From: Octopus vulgaris
Taxonomy: Eukaryota
Reading direction: 5' to 3'
Length of the DNA stretch: 64,000 nucleotides
NCBI GenBank assembly: GCA_951406725.2
Contig: OX597825.1
Coordinates: 78,988,001-79,052,000 of the forward strand
Positions 25,761 to 39,830 of this stretch are shown one piece after another. The translations under genes and the position numbers were made by a program. Under the pieces are notes generated by a model that had not been told where the DNA came from, made no database searches, and saw only the letters and a program-made list of their open reading frames with translations. The number at the start of each line of letters is the position of its first letter. Position 1 is the stretch's first letter.

Positions 25761-28700
25761 CATACATACACACACACACACAACAAGCTTCTTTCAGTTT
25801 CCCTCTACCAAATGCACTCACAAAGCTTTGGTTGACCCGAGGCTATAGTAGAAGACACTTGCCCAAGATGCTACATAGTGGGACTGAACTCAGAACCATG
25901 TGGTTGGGAAGCAAACTTCTTACCACACAGCCAAGAAATCCAGAATGAATGGCTACATTTTTATTTACCACTACCACCCTCTCTATAGTTTCTTGACACA
26001 AGCAAAAAAGGGAGCCTCTATATGTTAGATCAACCAACTAGAAATAACAATCAAATCTACCTGAAATTATATTGTACTGTCTTGAAATGAGGAGGAAAGA
26101 TCAGATAACATAGTATTTGGTGTATGTAAAGATAGGAAGGTCATGACAGAAATGTCTCTGATCCGACATCTGCTGGACCCAAGTAAACTTTGGGTAAACT
26201 ATAACAACATGTGACATTATTTAGAATAGATAAATTTAGTTGAAACATTTTAAAAGAAATTGTAATTCAAGTCAACATTTGAATCAAAATGAAGTTATAT
26301 ATATATTATTACCAGAAATTAAAAAGGGAAGTTTGACAATAGAATTATCAAAATACAAAAACAAATCTATTTGTAAAAATTAATTTGAAGATAGCAGCTG
26401 GTATTGATTTTAATCTCATCAACCACTTGTCAACAAAATTTCTTTTGATATGATTCTTTAAGCATCAAAATATTGGAAGTATCTATAAGGGGATGGGAAA
26501 GAATTGTTAAGTCATGTAAGATAATTGTAGACCATTCTATCTTAAAACCGATTATCATCATCATTATCACCATCATTTTGAGATCCATTTCTCCATGTTA
26601 TTAACTCAAGTTAGACTGGCCCACAATAAAGCCTCTATCCAAGTCAACTTACTTCTGCTTACTAAATGATCAACTGTAAAGCTGAAATGGCAAATATTGT
26701 CAAGACAGGCCAAGGAAATCAGGGTGAAGTCTTCCCAAAGAATATAATGCAATGATTATAGCAAGATTTGAAATCATGATCTTGTTATCAACAGCTCACC
26801 TTGTAAAAAAAACAAAAACCACACAAATATAAATATAAAAGCAAAACTTCATCTAATAACAATGTGGTAAAAACAAAATAAGAAAACTACAAGATTTTCA
26901 CACAAGAAGGAGTATAGTTGGTTTGCTCTTTAATTGTGATAGAATTACAATATGATGATGATGATGATGATGATGATGCTTGTAGTGTTCCTAAGAAGGT
27001 TTAATATCATGTTAAAGCAACGAGTTGCAGCTTCTGTACCCAGCTGGTTATAGACATAATTGCTGTATTCTCCTATGGATCATATTTGCAAGGCTGACTG
27101 ATCCATAAATATCTCTTCAACCTTACACCATATGGCTGCATGACATTGATTTAAATGACAACTGCAAGCTACATGCATGCACGTGCATGCGTGGACACGC
27201 ACACACTCAGCTGCGTATCTATTTCAAAATGGACGTTCCTATAAAAATAATTAAGTTTACATAGGATGGCAAGACCTCGAGCAATTGTTATATTTAATAT
27301 CCATCAAAAGGATTAAAAATAAACTAAAACCTGATATGTGTGTGTGTGTGTGTGTGTGTGTTCACTGAAAAAACCCCAAATAGTGCAAATGTTTAATGTT
27401 GCATATGATAATAGGTTCATTAACCCTTCACACATGCTACAGAATAAGAGAGAGAGAGAGTTTATGCTTGAATAGATGCAGGGTTTGGAAATTGAAGAAA
27501 GTAAACTAAAGAAATTCTAAACCAATGAGAAGATTGAAAGAAATAATAATATTGAAGGTGCATCAAGGAAGATTTCACTTCTTCATCTGTTAGCAAAAAA
27601 AATCAAAAAAAGGAAAATCAATTTAATTTTACTTCTGATATTGACTGATCTATTTATATAGTTTTAAAAATAACTCCCAAGAAATGGCTAGGTGTTATGA
27701 AAAAAAAATCAAAATAGGATTTGCTAACATATATTAAAACTGAAAGCGTATAACACATGAAATCCAAATATCTATGTTCAAATCACACACAGTACAGCAC
27801 AATCGCAGAGACTGCATATTTTGTGAAACATTACTAATGAATTGTTGAAAATAATAATTCTAAAATAAATGGTCTTTCGATTGTTGTTGTTTAGCCACAG
27901 GTCAACCATGACTGACAGATCTATGATCAAAAGCATTTCAGACATGACCATCTAGTCTTTCATTTCTTTAAATATATCCTATAACTACGTTATCTAATTA
28001 TCCTTCCCCTTTTTTTTTTAAGGCTGTAGGATATGGTTTCAGAGAACTGCTGTTTTTAGTAGAACAAACAACCACATAGAGGTTCCTTCATTATATTAGA
28101 ATCAATTAGAGATAAGGAAAGAGTCTAATTGTACAATGTGCTTTAATTACAAACCTACTCACAATTATCTGAGAACATCCATGCAGTGATCAATGTTCAA
28201 AAAAGCACAGAAGAGGTTAACAACAGGTGTAACAAGGGAGACCCAGCTGACCCATGGTGGCATGAAGACTACATTGAGACTAACTCTTAAGTCACTTAAG
28301 AAAAATTTGTTTGCCATGATCATCATCATTTAACATCCATTTTTCCATGCTTGGAGACAGAATTTGTTGAGGCAGGTTTTCAGGATCCAGATGCCCTTTT
28401 GATCCCCAACCCTCATCTGATCCCATACAAGGTTAACATTTCCCATGGCCAGACAGGTTTTTTTTCCAGAAAAGACTGAAAACAAACATCGCTTGTATGT
28501 GAGTGATGTTTGTTTACAACTATCATGTGATACTCGTGCACGCACACACACACACACGTTTATATGCATACTTTCTGTTTACCAAATCTACTCAGCAAGG
28601 ATTTGGTAGGCCCAGGACTATAGTAGAAGATAATAACCCAATTTGCTGTGCAGTGGAACTGAACTTGAGACCACATAGTTAGACAGCAAGCTTCTTAACC

Positions 28701-29855
28701 ACACAGCCATGCATGTATGCTCTGATAATATCTTTGTGGATGATTAATAATCTAAGGTTTAAAATTACATCTAAAAGATGTTACAGAAATTAAAATTATT
28801 AATAAATTATAAAAATGTTTCAAAACTGAATAAACTATAGGAGCCTCTTTATGGTAGGTCAACCTGCTAAAAATAGCAGGAATATCCCCCTCAACTGATA
28901 GTCTATTGTCTTAAAAAGAGATAGATACATTGGCTCACACAGTCTTATATAAGTTATGCTGAAGGAACAGACTACATTGTCATGACTGGAAGACCTTTCA
29001 TCAGAAATCTGTACATGCAAGGCAAACTTGCAACTAAACAAAAACCGCCAGTGAACTATTTCTCAAAAAAATTTAATTAAGATAATTGTTTGTTTTTATT
29101 TTCTGTTCATCTGAGATCATTAAAAAACCAATTAATAATTAATGAATAAAGATTTAGCTGAACAATTCACTTCTTATTTAGCCAATACGAAATATTTTTA
29201 AGGGAAGCATCAGAGGAGAAACATTACTATAGCAACCCACTGGAGTATTAATTTACACAAGATTTGGAATTCATTAACCAGCAATAATAGCCAGGTATGT
29301 TTTGCCTTTTTCTTTAAAAAAAAAACCAAAAAAAAAAAAAACATGCTTGCAAATGCACAAATGTAAATTTAAAACAAACATCTAGATTACATGACCTGAT
29401 TTTAGAAAGTTTTTAAGAGCCCAACTAAACATTGGTTTTTGAAGATTTGTCTGTGTTTGGTCCCTCTTTTCATCTACACACTCAACGAATAATCTTTAAA
29501 AAAAACTTAAAAGGGTTAAAGAAAAATTATATATTTATTCAATATTGCAGCTTCTAACACATTCCTATCATTTATAAATATATGCTAAGGAAACTCCAAG
29601 ACCGGAGACAAAAACTATGTAACATATTTGTTAGAATCTATTTAAAAAGACAAATGCCTGCCTTATGATTTGTCTGTCACTGTTTGACACTGTCTGTTTG
29701 GACGGGCAGCCTAATTTTTGATTATCAAGCCTTATTACAACTCCTAGGAGAAACACAGCCTTCCATGTGATGCTTGAGGTAGTGTCTCTCCTAGTATATA
29801 TTAAATTTTTTTCTTTTTGAAATCCAGTTACAAATTATCATCACACAACAGTTAC

Positions 29856-30320
29856 ATCATCATCATCATCATCATCATCGTTTAACGTCCGTTCTCCATG
29901 CTAGCATGGGTTGGACGGTTCGACCGAGGATCTGGAAAGCCAGAAGGCTGCACCAGGCTCCAGTCTTATCTGGCAGTGTTTCTACAGCTGGATGCCCTTC
30001 CTAACGCCAACCACTCCGTGAGTGTAGTGGGTGCTTTTTACGTGCCACCTGCACAGGTGCCAGGCGAGGCTGGCAACGGCCACGGTCGGATTGGTGTATT
30101 TTATGTGACACCTGCACAGAAGCCAAACGAGGGGGAGCTGGCATCGGCCACAAGTCGGATAGTGCTTTTTACGTACCACCAGACCAGGAATCCTGGCTGG
30201 TTCAATTCGATTTCGATTTCGCTTGCCCCAACACGTCTTCGCAAGCAAGGGGGTTGGCATGGGTGCCTGTCGTACGGTCAGATTGGTGTATTTTACGTGC
30301 CACCGGCACGGAAGCCAGTG
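29856..30320 (-). mobile_element. Young retroposon with (ATG)n tail and internal tandem units (relatives near 1, 6800, 16930, 18735, 63880)
   Basis: (cat)n-cgtttaacgtcc...gctagcatgggttggacgg; repeated ggtg(c/ta)ttttacgtgccacc units; CpG-rich. Confidence 0.8.
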
Positions 30321-31013
30321 ATCATATATGTTATATATGTTGTTGAGTGGTGAAAGTGCGCTTATCCTGTCATAAAGCCACCTTCCCTTCTCTCAAATAT
30401 AACCCCACTCGGTCAAAGAGGATTTTTTACTTTTCGTCTAAGTTACTTGGTAACCTCACTACCACTTGGTGGCATGAACAAAAACATCCAGTACACACTA
30501 TGTTAGGAAGGGCATCCAGCTGCAGAAACTGTGGTTATGAAAGGAAATTTTTAATCACACACCCATATTGCAATCTGTATGTATGTAGGCGTATGTATGT
30601 GCATGTATGGTTGTGAGCCACTTTGGAAAAGCGACTTTTACTGCAGCTTTGGTCTGACCAATGCCTTATACAAAAGTAGACAAACTGTATGAAAGCCTGT
30701 TACGCACATGTGTGTGTGGGTGGGTGGGTGCTTGCATGTGGCTGGGTCAAAGTTTACATTTTGAAAACCACATGAGAGCATTGAGCAAAAAAGATTTTTC
30801 TGCTGACATTCTCAGTCAAACTAATCTTGTAGCTCTGCACCTTTGAAGACAAGTGGGATAATATTTAAAAAACAAAACACTCTTATTTGCAAAACAGGTA
30901 AGAATTAGTGACAAGGAGGGCATCTAACTGTAAAATAATGCCCTAATAACATGTATTCATCCAACCCATACTAGCATGGAAAAATAGATGTAAAATGAGC
31001 AAATGCATAATCG

Positions 31014-31062
<49 letters not shown>

Positions 31063-31562
31063 CATACACCACATATGCCAGTATGGAAGGTGAACATTAA
31101 ATGATGATGATGATATATATCTGCTTCTAAATAAAATTTTTCATCTAAATAACTATATGTACATGGATCACTGCCTGTGCTTTTGCTTATCTCATCTAGC
31201 GTATGCTTATATACAATTCATCACTATTGTATATATATATATATATATCGGAAAGAAGTCAGCATTGATGCCTCATAAATTTGCTAAAGTAACAAATAGA
31301 CACTGCAAGGTAGACATTTTAAGCCAGGGGAAAACACACAGCTCTATTCCTGCATTATGTACTATTTATATTCCTAAATTTAAATTTAAATAACTCTTCT
31401 GATAAATACTTTTGTAGTATGTTTATCATATTAGTAAATTCATTAAAAAAAAACAGAGAAAATAACACATTACAGAGGCAACAGAGATTTTAGAAATAAA
31501 TGCTTTCAAATAGACATAGCTACTTCAGGGGTGATATGAAACATTTTTTTTTTCTTTTAATA

Positions 31563-31835
31563 CAGTGTTCTCCACTGGGATCCAGAGTCCATGCAAGCAA
31601 AATAGTAAATTGGTGACCTATAGTAATATATTAAGGGTCCATGAAAAAAATTTTGCTTAGATGTATTTCTTTCTCTAACATTTTATAGAGTTTGACTTAC
31701 ACAAGTTAGTGTGAGAAAAACAAAATAGCAATTTTGAAAGAGACTAGTTTATAAACATAAAATGGCTGCAGGGGTCCACCAGAATAGAACAGGATCAAAG
31801 AGGTCTACAGATGAAAAAATGGTTGAGAACTACTG
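31563..31835. mobile_element. hAT-type MITE
   Basis: Ends CAGTGTTCTC... / ...GAGAACTACTG; perfect 8-bp TSD ttttaata. Confidence 0.8.
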
Positions 31836-32488
31836 TTTTAATACAACTGTACCATTACCTGAAGAACTGGTTATGGTGAAACTAATTGTTTCAATAGACT
31901 GAAGGATAATATTACTGAATTACATTTTGTGTTATCATCAATTTCCAGTTTTTCATGTGTGCATGGTTTGGATGAAGATTATTGAAGAAGGTTTTCTATG
32001 GTCAGATGTCCTGCCTATTGCCAGTGCCTATTCGTTTCTGAGCAAAGTAATATTTCCTCCATGACCAGACATGGAAATGAATGACACTGATTATATGACA
32101 GTTACAACTGTTTACATCATGGAAACACACACACACATATACATATATATGTGATGGGCTTCTTTCAGTTCCCACCTATCAAAACCACTCACAAGGCTTT
32201 GGACAGCTTGGAGCTATAGAAGACACTTGCCCAAGGTGCCACCGTGTGGTTGGGAAACAAACTTCTTACCAAACAGCCACTTGTTTAAAATTTGTTTACT
32301 CCTAAGATATAAAAATGTATGTGTGTGTGTGTGTGTGTAGATGCATCTAAGAGTACAGCATTTTTTACAAGAACTCTCTCACTCCTTATCACACACTATC
32401 TTTCTCTTCATTGTTGTTTGTGAGAAAGCGTGTGTGTGTGTGTGTGAGAGAGAGATAGTTAAATGTACTTCTCCTTAAGCCTCTATAC

Positions 32489-32749
32489 TACTGTTTCCAA
32501 AGTTGAGTTCTGTGAAAAAATTCTCAAGTTCCACAAGAAAACAATGGCATTTTACTTTTTTCAAAATAATAAGCTATTTGTTTCATAACTTTTTTTTTTG
32601 TATCAATAAATTCTCTAAAACAATTTCTGTTTCATTTAATGTCTAAATAAAACTAGGGTGGCAGAGTTTGTTGGAGAAATATAGGTGGGTTCTGCAATTT
32701 TTGGAAAATTGTATCAAGATTTCCTGACAACATAAGTTTGGGATTACTG
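32489..32749. mobile_element. hAT-type MITE (degenerate)
   Basis: TSD ctctatac/ctctatat; degenerate TIRs (tttccaaa / tttgggattactg). Confidence 0.55.
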
Positions 32750-34583
32750 CTCTATATCATGTATGTATGCACACACAAACAGACACAGCGAGGTCGCTTA
32801 GCTTACTAGTGGCCAGCTGGTCGTTTCAAGTGTTTATAGCTGAACAACAGTCATTGAGCTGGAAGTAGATGATCACAGAGAATCATCATCATCATTTAAC
32901 ATCCGCTTTCCATGTTGGCATGGGTTGGATGGTTTGACAGGGGCTGGCTAGGCAGAAGACTTTGCACCAGGCTTCACATCTGTTTTGGCAGAATGAAATA
33001 CGTAAATAGTGAGAGGTGTGAATTGTGAAGGATGGAGTTAGGATAGAGAGGAAGTTTGGTGTGACAAGTGGTAGGTGGAATGGTCAACATTGTAGCATAA
33101 ATTAACCAATTGTTTAAAATTTTGGGGACACACACACACACCTATCATTATCTGATTCATAATAAAGATGATTCATGCATCACACTCATTCTCTGCTACC
33201 TGTATTTTCCCCCTCTTTTCATCTAACACTTCCTCTGTTCCCTTATGCTGATCTTATCCTGCTCTCTCTGTATTGTCTCAAGTTTCATAACTGTGCAGGC
33301 CTTCATATCACAATTCTAAATGTAGTGAACAACATCTCTGCATGATTGTCTGGACCCCATGGCTATTTCATCTAAAAATGGATCTGTTTAGCTATTAGTC
33401 TGATATAACTGAACTAGTGAAGACAGTATTGAGACAGTAGTGCATGTGTTTTAGTAATGTGCAGTAGGATGAAGGCTCTCTTACATGTGTACTACATCAT
33501 CTCTAAGGAATCTTTTGAAACAATGAAGGTTAAGAGTTTAACCACAACACTACTTAAGTCTACAGTATCCAGGTATTGCTGCTGTGTAACCAGTCATATG
33601 CTCGGCATGCAAGCTACATATTTTAGGAAAGAAAAGGCAGACCTCCACACTGTATTGGAGGTATTTTGGGAGAGGAAAAAGCTTCTGACATTGGTGAAGA
33701 CATGGAGAGAAAAAAATCACAGCTCATGGATTAAGCTCAGATCAGAGCCTGACTCCAATAACTTGAACTCTGCTAAAAGCACCCAAAGACTAGATGAGTA
33801 TTAAAGCAGGTGATGGATTGAGTCTATACCTTACAACAAGGACAGACCTTCTCTTCTGTACAGTTTCTATCTAATTTCTCACAAAGTATTAATGCTCAAC
33901 ATTTTCAAACACCTTCCTAGGTATATGAAATTGTGTCACTGTAACTTTCAACTTCTCAATATAGCTAAGAGACTGCTTATGGTAACAGAGATGAGAATGG
34001 CTGGAGGGGCCATAATACAACTATACTGAATATGTTTTGCACAGAAACAAAGACACAAGCGTTTAACTGGTAAAAGCTGTTCATGTGTAAATGATAGGAT
34101 TGTGGTAGAAGAATTGCTGACTAAGAGAGGAGATAGTTGGAAGAGAAAATACAAGAGGTGGGGAAGAGACACAGAGGGAATTAGTAGAGGATGGTAAGAG
34201 TATAAAGTTGTAGTACAGCAGAGACAGTGGTTGCTTAACCCTAGGTCAGTCTTTATCAGTAAATCTATGATCAAAAGTAGCACAGCTACATAGAGTGCAA
34301 AGTGCCCTTCCATTGTTAAGACGCCAGAGTGTGATTTGAGTGAGATTTCATTACTATTTCTAGCAGGCCAAATGACCATGTAGGCAGAAGTGGGGAACCC
34401 TGTACACACAAATAAAATTTTGGCCACACTCCAATTTGAAACTACTTCTTGATGTAGTCTCTATAAAACTACGTGTAAAAACTGCTTAAGCCTTAAGACC
34501 CAAGCAGTAATTAAATATAATTACAAAGCTATGAATTTATAAAATTAAAAATTCATTATTTTTCTCAGCACAGATGCACTTAC

Positions 34584-34600
34584 ATAGGTTCTTTTATCAT
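34584..34600 (-). CDS. CRTC1: Candidate alternative first coding exon of CRTC (MIKEP(I))
   Basis: ATG ATA AAA GAA CCT AT|gtaagt: strong donor, phase 2, in frame with the 23110 exon. Preceded by CT-rich, 5'UTR-like sequence. Confidence 0.5.
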
Positions 34601-35050
34601 TTGCTTCAAGGTTCCTCCCCCTTGATGTAGACAGAAGAGAGAAAGAGATGGGGAAAATGTGAGGGTGGTGCACTGAAGGATGGAAAAGAGGAGGATGAGG
34701 GATGTATAGGAAGAGAGAGAAAGAGAGAAAGGGGGGAAAGAATAAAACACGAGAGGAATGAACGAAAGCGATGTATTGATAGTGTAATAATTAGAAGCAA
34801 GTTGTGTATGTGTGCGTGTGTGTGTGTGTGTGTGTAAAAAGAGACAACACAATGGTGGTGGTGGTGGTGGTGGGGGTGGGTGGCGGCCAGTCATCATCGT
34901 GGTAAGATTAGCAGCTGGAACACATTTCTTAGAATACTGTCTTGGAGAAAAGAATAGCGACAGTAATCTATGATATAGCAGAGCAACAGGTTATCTCGGC
35001 AACACAGGTGTGTGCGCGTGTGTGTGTGTCTGCGTGTGTGCATTTCTATG

Positions 35051-35087
<37 letters not shown>

Positions 35088-35176
35088 GTGCATTTCTATG
35101 CATGTGTGTGTGTGTCACTATATATATATAGTGTCACTCACATATGTATTACCAATGGCAGAGATAAACAGTAGCA

Positions 35177-35219
<43 letters not shown>

Positions 35220-37039
35220 TGTTGCTGAGAATACAGGAAGGAGTTTACAGCCGGCTGAAACCAGAAATGAAAACAGACTGACAGGGTTAGCAAGCAATCT
35301 GAGAGTAATCTGAGAGACAGAGAAAATTAGAACAGCAGCAGCAGCAGCAGGATTCTTTTCTTTCTCTGATTTTTCTTCCTTTCCTTTTTGCTGTTGTTGT
35401 TGTTGTTGTTGTTGTTGCTGCAGAGAGTCACATTTTCTTTAACAATAATGACAATAGAATTGGTAAACAAAATGAGTGTGAAAGCATTAAGAAGATCAAT
35501 TAGAAAGTCAGTATTAAACAGCAACAACAACAACATGAAAGAAAGAAGGGAACAAAGCTCATATGTGTCACATAATTGAATTCCTATCACAAATGACAGA
35601 CAGATCCCGCAAATACACACAGAGTAGAAGATGATGAACAAACGAGCTCTGAAAACACTATTTTAATAACATAAAAAAGAATATTAATGCATGTCATTTG
35701 ACATAAATGCATGCTGACAGCAAGGAAGACATACATACGTGTGTGTGTGTGTGTGTGTGTGCATGCGTGTGTGTGTGTGTGCATGCGTGTGTGTCAACCA
35801 CTGCTTGACAACTGGGGTTAATTTATTCAACTGAACTCTTTGAGGTGGTGCCCCAGCATGGCCACAGTTCAACGAATAAAATGATACACACACACACACA
35901 CACCGACTGACATTCATTTGTTTGGTGATTAATATTTTGGCATCTAGATGTCCAAACATCCCTTAACATTAATGGACACACAAGCGAATATGCCCACCTG
36001 CACCCTCCATCTTACTTAATAGTAATTTATGAGCACCATTACTCGATACGAAGCACAGGCAATGACAGTAATGTATGGAGAACCATTTTTCTCAATAAGT
36101 AGATGTAGTTTTTGTGGAGGTGTTTATTGTCTCTCTCACAGACATTAGCCCTCACTAATGCTGGGACATTTCCGACAAAGTTATCTTATTGTCTTCACCA
36201 TTAACAAAAGCGTTTGACAGAGTTGGGAACAAGAACCTCTAAAACCATAACTCTTTTCATCGTAAACTTTCATGCCCTGATATTGTATCTCTATAATGTC
36301 AGTTTGTGTAGCAACACAATAAAGCCAGTAGTTTAACATAAAGTGTACAAAGAAAATACAAATGTATTTATAAATATTCTTTTTCCCATCCTTCACAACT
36401 ATTGAATAAAATAATCTTCTCCCAGTTTTGAATGTAAGTTCCAATGTTTTATTGTGTTTTGGGATTATTGTAAGAAATAATACCTTTAGCATCTCTCTCA
36501 GATGGAGTTATAATTCATTATTGAAAGCATGTGGGTGGCCATATTGATAGAACATTGTATAAAATGCATTGAGGTATTTTGTTAAACCCTTTTACATTCC
36601 AAAATCAAATCCTGCTTCGGTCAACTTTGATATTCCTTCCTCATGCTGAGAATTGAATTAACAGACTACACATTTCCCCCTATAAATTTGTGGTTCTATG
36701 GCAATAATATCATTAGCCCCATGTTACTAAATACTGAGTCATTGAATTTCCTTCTGCACCGTGTTCAAAGCAATACATCTTTTACTTCCCTCCAGCCATT
36801 CTTTTAACCGAGGTTAGATTAAATCAAAAACAAAACAAATCAATGAAGACTGACTGAATGTAAAACAATTGAAACATCAACAAACCTACACATTGGAAGG
36901 TGAGGAGGGATTATGTATTACCACATGAATAGATGAAAAGAGAGATGCCAACAAAAACGGGAAGCCGTTATTCATGTGTAGGGTACTTTATAAGGTTTCT
37001 TATTGCAAACTCATCTTTCTATAGACATAGAGAATAAAT

Positions 37040-37397
37040 ATGAGAATGGAAGAGGGGAGAAACAAAATATGCAAGATTACTGACTTTATTGTTGCACAAG
37101 ATAGCAGAGTTGAAGCCAAAGAAAGAGAGAAAATTGAAATGTATTTAGATTTGGGCAAAGATTTGAGAACACAGTGGAGCATGTCAGTAAAGTTTATCCC
37201 TATTATCACCAAAGCAGGGGGAAGAATGTCAAAACAACTATTGATGAAACAGAAGAAATATTGCAATTGTCAGATAGCAGAGCTGCAGAAAATTGTTATC
37301 TTGTATTCTGTAAGAATCCTGTGCAAAGTCCTTGAGATATGAATTGGTAATGGAAGCTCATTACAATAATAATAACAACAACAATAATAATAATAAA
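37040..37397 (+). mobile_element. R4/Dong-type non-LTR retrotransposon 3' fragment (restriction-like endonuclease)
   Basis: CKITDFIVAQDSRVEAKEREKIEMYLDL...W...IPII...LQKIVILYSVRILCKVL*, then a (TAA)-rich tail. Confidence 0.8.
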
Positions 37398-38635
37398 TGT
37401 TCCTCTAATTTACAGCTTTAGTGCAAGACCACTTATTTTGAAGCCGGGTGTAAGCTGATTGGATAAACTCCCCAATGATTAACAGGCACTTATTTTATAA
37501 ATGAAAGCTAAATCAATCCTGATGAAATTTGAAAACTCACAATTCATGGATATCAACAAGAAGACAAACAAATTTGGAAGAGAAAAAAAAGGTCAAATTG
37601 TAGCAGGGGTAGAGCAAGTGCATTTATCATCACAATCAGCCTATTTCATTTATCCGTCTCAAACTCATGTGTAATAACGTCTCCAATATCATTTACATTA
37701 AAAATCTTAATTCACATAGATTATCAGGTTACAAATAGATTATCTTGTTCTATGCTGAGGTTTATGTTATATAATTACCAATCGTTTATATTTTAATTAA
37801 CTAACAGATAAGTTGTTTTGCATGTGTGCGTATATATACACACACACACACATTTCTCTTGTTATAAGAGTAAATAACAGTAAAGCGCCAAAACAAAATG
37901 TTTTCCAACAGTCTAGTCAAGACTGTCAGTTCTCAGACTTTTAAATAAACTAAAATGAAACTTCAGATAAAGGAGTCTACATGGATGTAACAAGAAAAAT
38001 AATGAAATATAGCTTATTCTTTTACAGTTTTTATGAGTGTTTTTTTTTCTTGTTTTGTTATGTGTTTTGAAACATTTAAAAATGCCAACAACAGCTGAAT
38101 GATAATAATAAAAACGAGAAAAAAAAACATCAGTAAAGCATTTAATTAACAGCATTTTAAACATCAAATTACTCTGGACTGAACTTTGCATAAAGCTCAT
38201 TAATTCAAACAACTAATTGCATAAATACATATTGAAATCAAATATCTTCTGAAAATTGTTCACAGTTAACTATACTATTTGAAAGTCATGAAATAAACAC
38301 AGATAGCATAATTACACTGTCTGTAGAATATTTTTCAATAAAAATACAATAAAATAAAAACATTTAAAGTGTACATAATCAGCAACTTTTTTGCTATTTT
38401 CTTATAAGAATCAATCTGAAGTTTAACTAATACTACATCTCATCTGTATATGACATTCTGATCAAGAGCAATAGATTATTATTATTATTATTATTATTAT
38501 AAAAGAAGTCATTATTGTTGTTGTTGTTGTTGTGTTCTGCCAATCATAAATGTGAAAAGAAAGCAAGATGCAAGAGAAAAGAAAGAAAAAAATTATTTTA
38601 AGTCCTGCTGATAAGAGTTGTAAGCCAAACCCTAC

Positions 38636-38661
38636 AGGTTTCCCACTTTCAAAATGGCCAT
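38636..38661 (-). CDS. CRTC1: Candidate alternative first coding exon of CRTC (MAILKVGN(L))
   Basis: gggATG GCC ATT TTG AAA GTG GGA AAC CT|gtaggg, phase 2, with a CT-repeat leader upstream. The donor is only moderate. Confidence 0.3.
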
Positions 38662-39314
38662 CCCAACTAACTGTCATGAAATCCTTCACTGCACACCCTA
38701 GTCCCTGTACATCAGGAGAGAGAAAGAGAGAGCGAGAGAGAGTGTGTGCTATCTCTGCACTCAGTCCATTTGACTGCTTCATAGAGCTGACTGGTCACAT
38801 ACTATTTCCACTCAGGCTCCCTAGATTCACACAGACACACTTATATATAATTATATACATCATCCTCTTGATACCCATATTGCGCTCTAACTACTTTCCT
38901 CCAGAGCATTCCTTTGGAACTGTCTTTCAGCAGCCCTCAAATTGCATCTGCTCAAAAGGAACATTAGCCACAATCTCACAGGTCTCAGAGAGCCTATATG
39001 AAAGCCAAGGCCACAACCCCTTATTTCCAGAGCAAACAATACAATATCAATATGAATATATGTATTTGTAATAATCCATTTTTCGTTGTAAATGCCCTTA
39101 TTTTGAGTATTATTCCCTTCTGTCTAATGCTAGTTCTTCAGTTTAAATACAATAATAGAAAAGCTGCTCAGCAGCAAATAATAAAATTTGATTCTTAATA
39201 CAAAATGAAGGAAAAAAGAACAAAAATTATTTTAATTAAGTACATTTATGGTTAACTGAAATAAAATTACTATGCAATTGTAGCTCAAATAAAAACTGAG
39301 GTTGTAAAACAAAG

Positions 39315-39353
<39 letters not shown>

Positions 39354-39782
39354 GCCTTGTATAATTAAACAGAAAAAAGAAAAAAAGTAATATTAGTATT
39401 CTATTCAGACTAAATAGTAATACATTTAAGCATATCTACAAATACTATGTTAACACTAAATTGATATTATAGTAAAATAGAATATGGAGCTAGAATTTTA
39501 AAAGCTCAATGTTAGTTATATGCATTTGAAGGAATGAATGATCATAGATAAAATAGACATTTCGAGTAAATGGAGAATGAGAGAGAGAGAAAGAGAGAGA
39601 GGAAGCAGGCACAAAAGAATTAAGCGATGGGAGCTGAAGAAAGATATGGTGTAATGTGCATTAACTGCATAGACATCCAATTGGACATAATATCACATAA
39701 ACTGTCTATTCTAGTCGCACAATTGCAACTGATCTATGATTGACTAGTTACTTAATGTGTATGAGTGTGTGTGTGTATCAAA

Positions 39783-39830
39783 CTTGCCTGAAGACCTAGT
39801 GCAGCCACATGTGAAACTCAGAGTAGCAAG
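39783..39830 (+). ncRNA. Hammerhead ribozyme-like motif with degenerate stem II
   Basis: CTTGC-CTGAAGA-N18-GAA-ACTCAGAGT-A-GCAAG: perfect stem I (CTTGC/GCAAG) and quasi-palindromic stem III. Confidence 0.55.

Noticed and set aside
26653-26681. Small-exon candidates with gtaagt donor (similar ones near 24710 and 52253-52262)
   Set aside because: Stop-containing or frame-shifting, with weak signals and no extra support; expected by chance in AT-rich DNA.
29898-30353. 151-aa ORF
   Set aside because: Lies within a multi-copy retroposon; no protein-family motifs.
33948-34427. 159-aa ORF (also 38568-39071 and 56807-57247)
   Set aside because: Compositionally biased, overlaps repeats, no recognisable domain or consistent splice sites.
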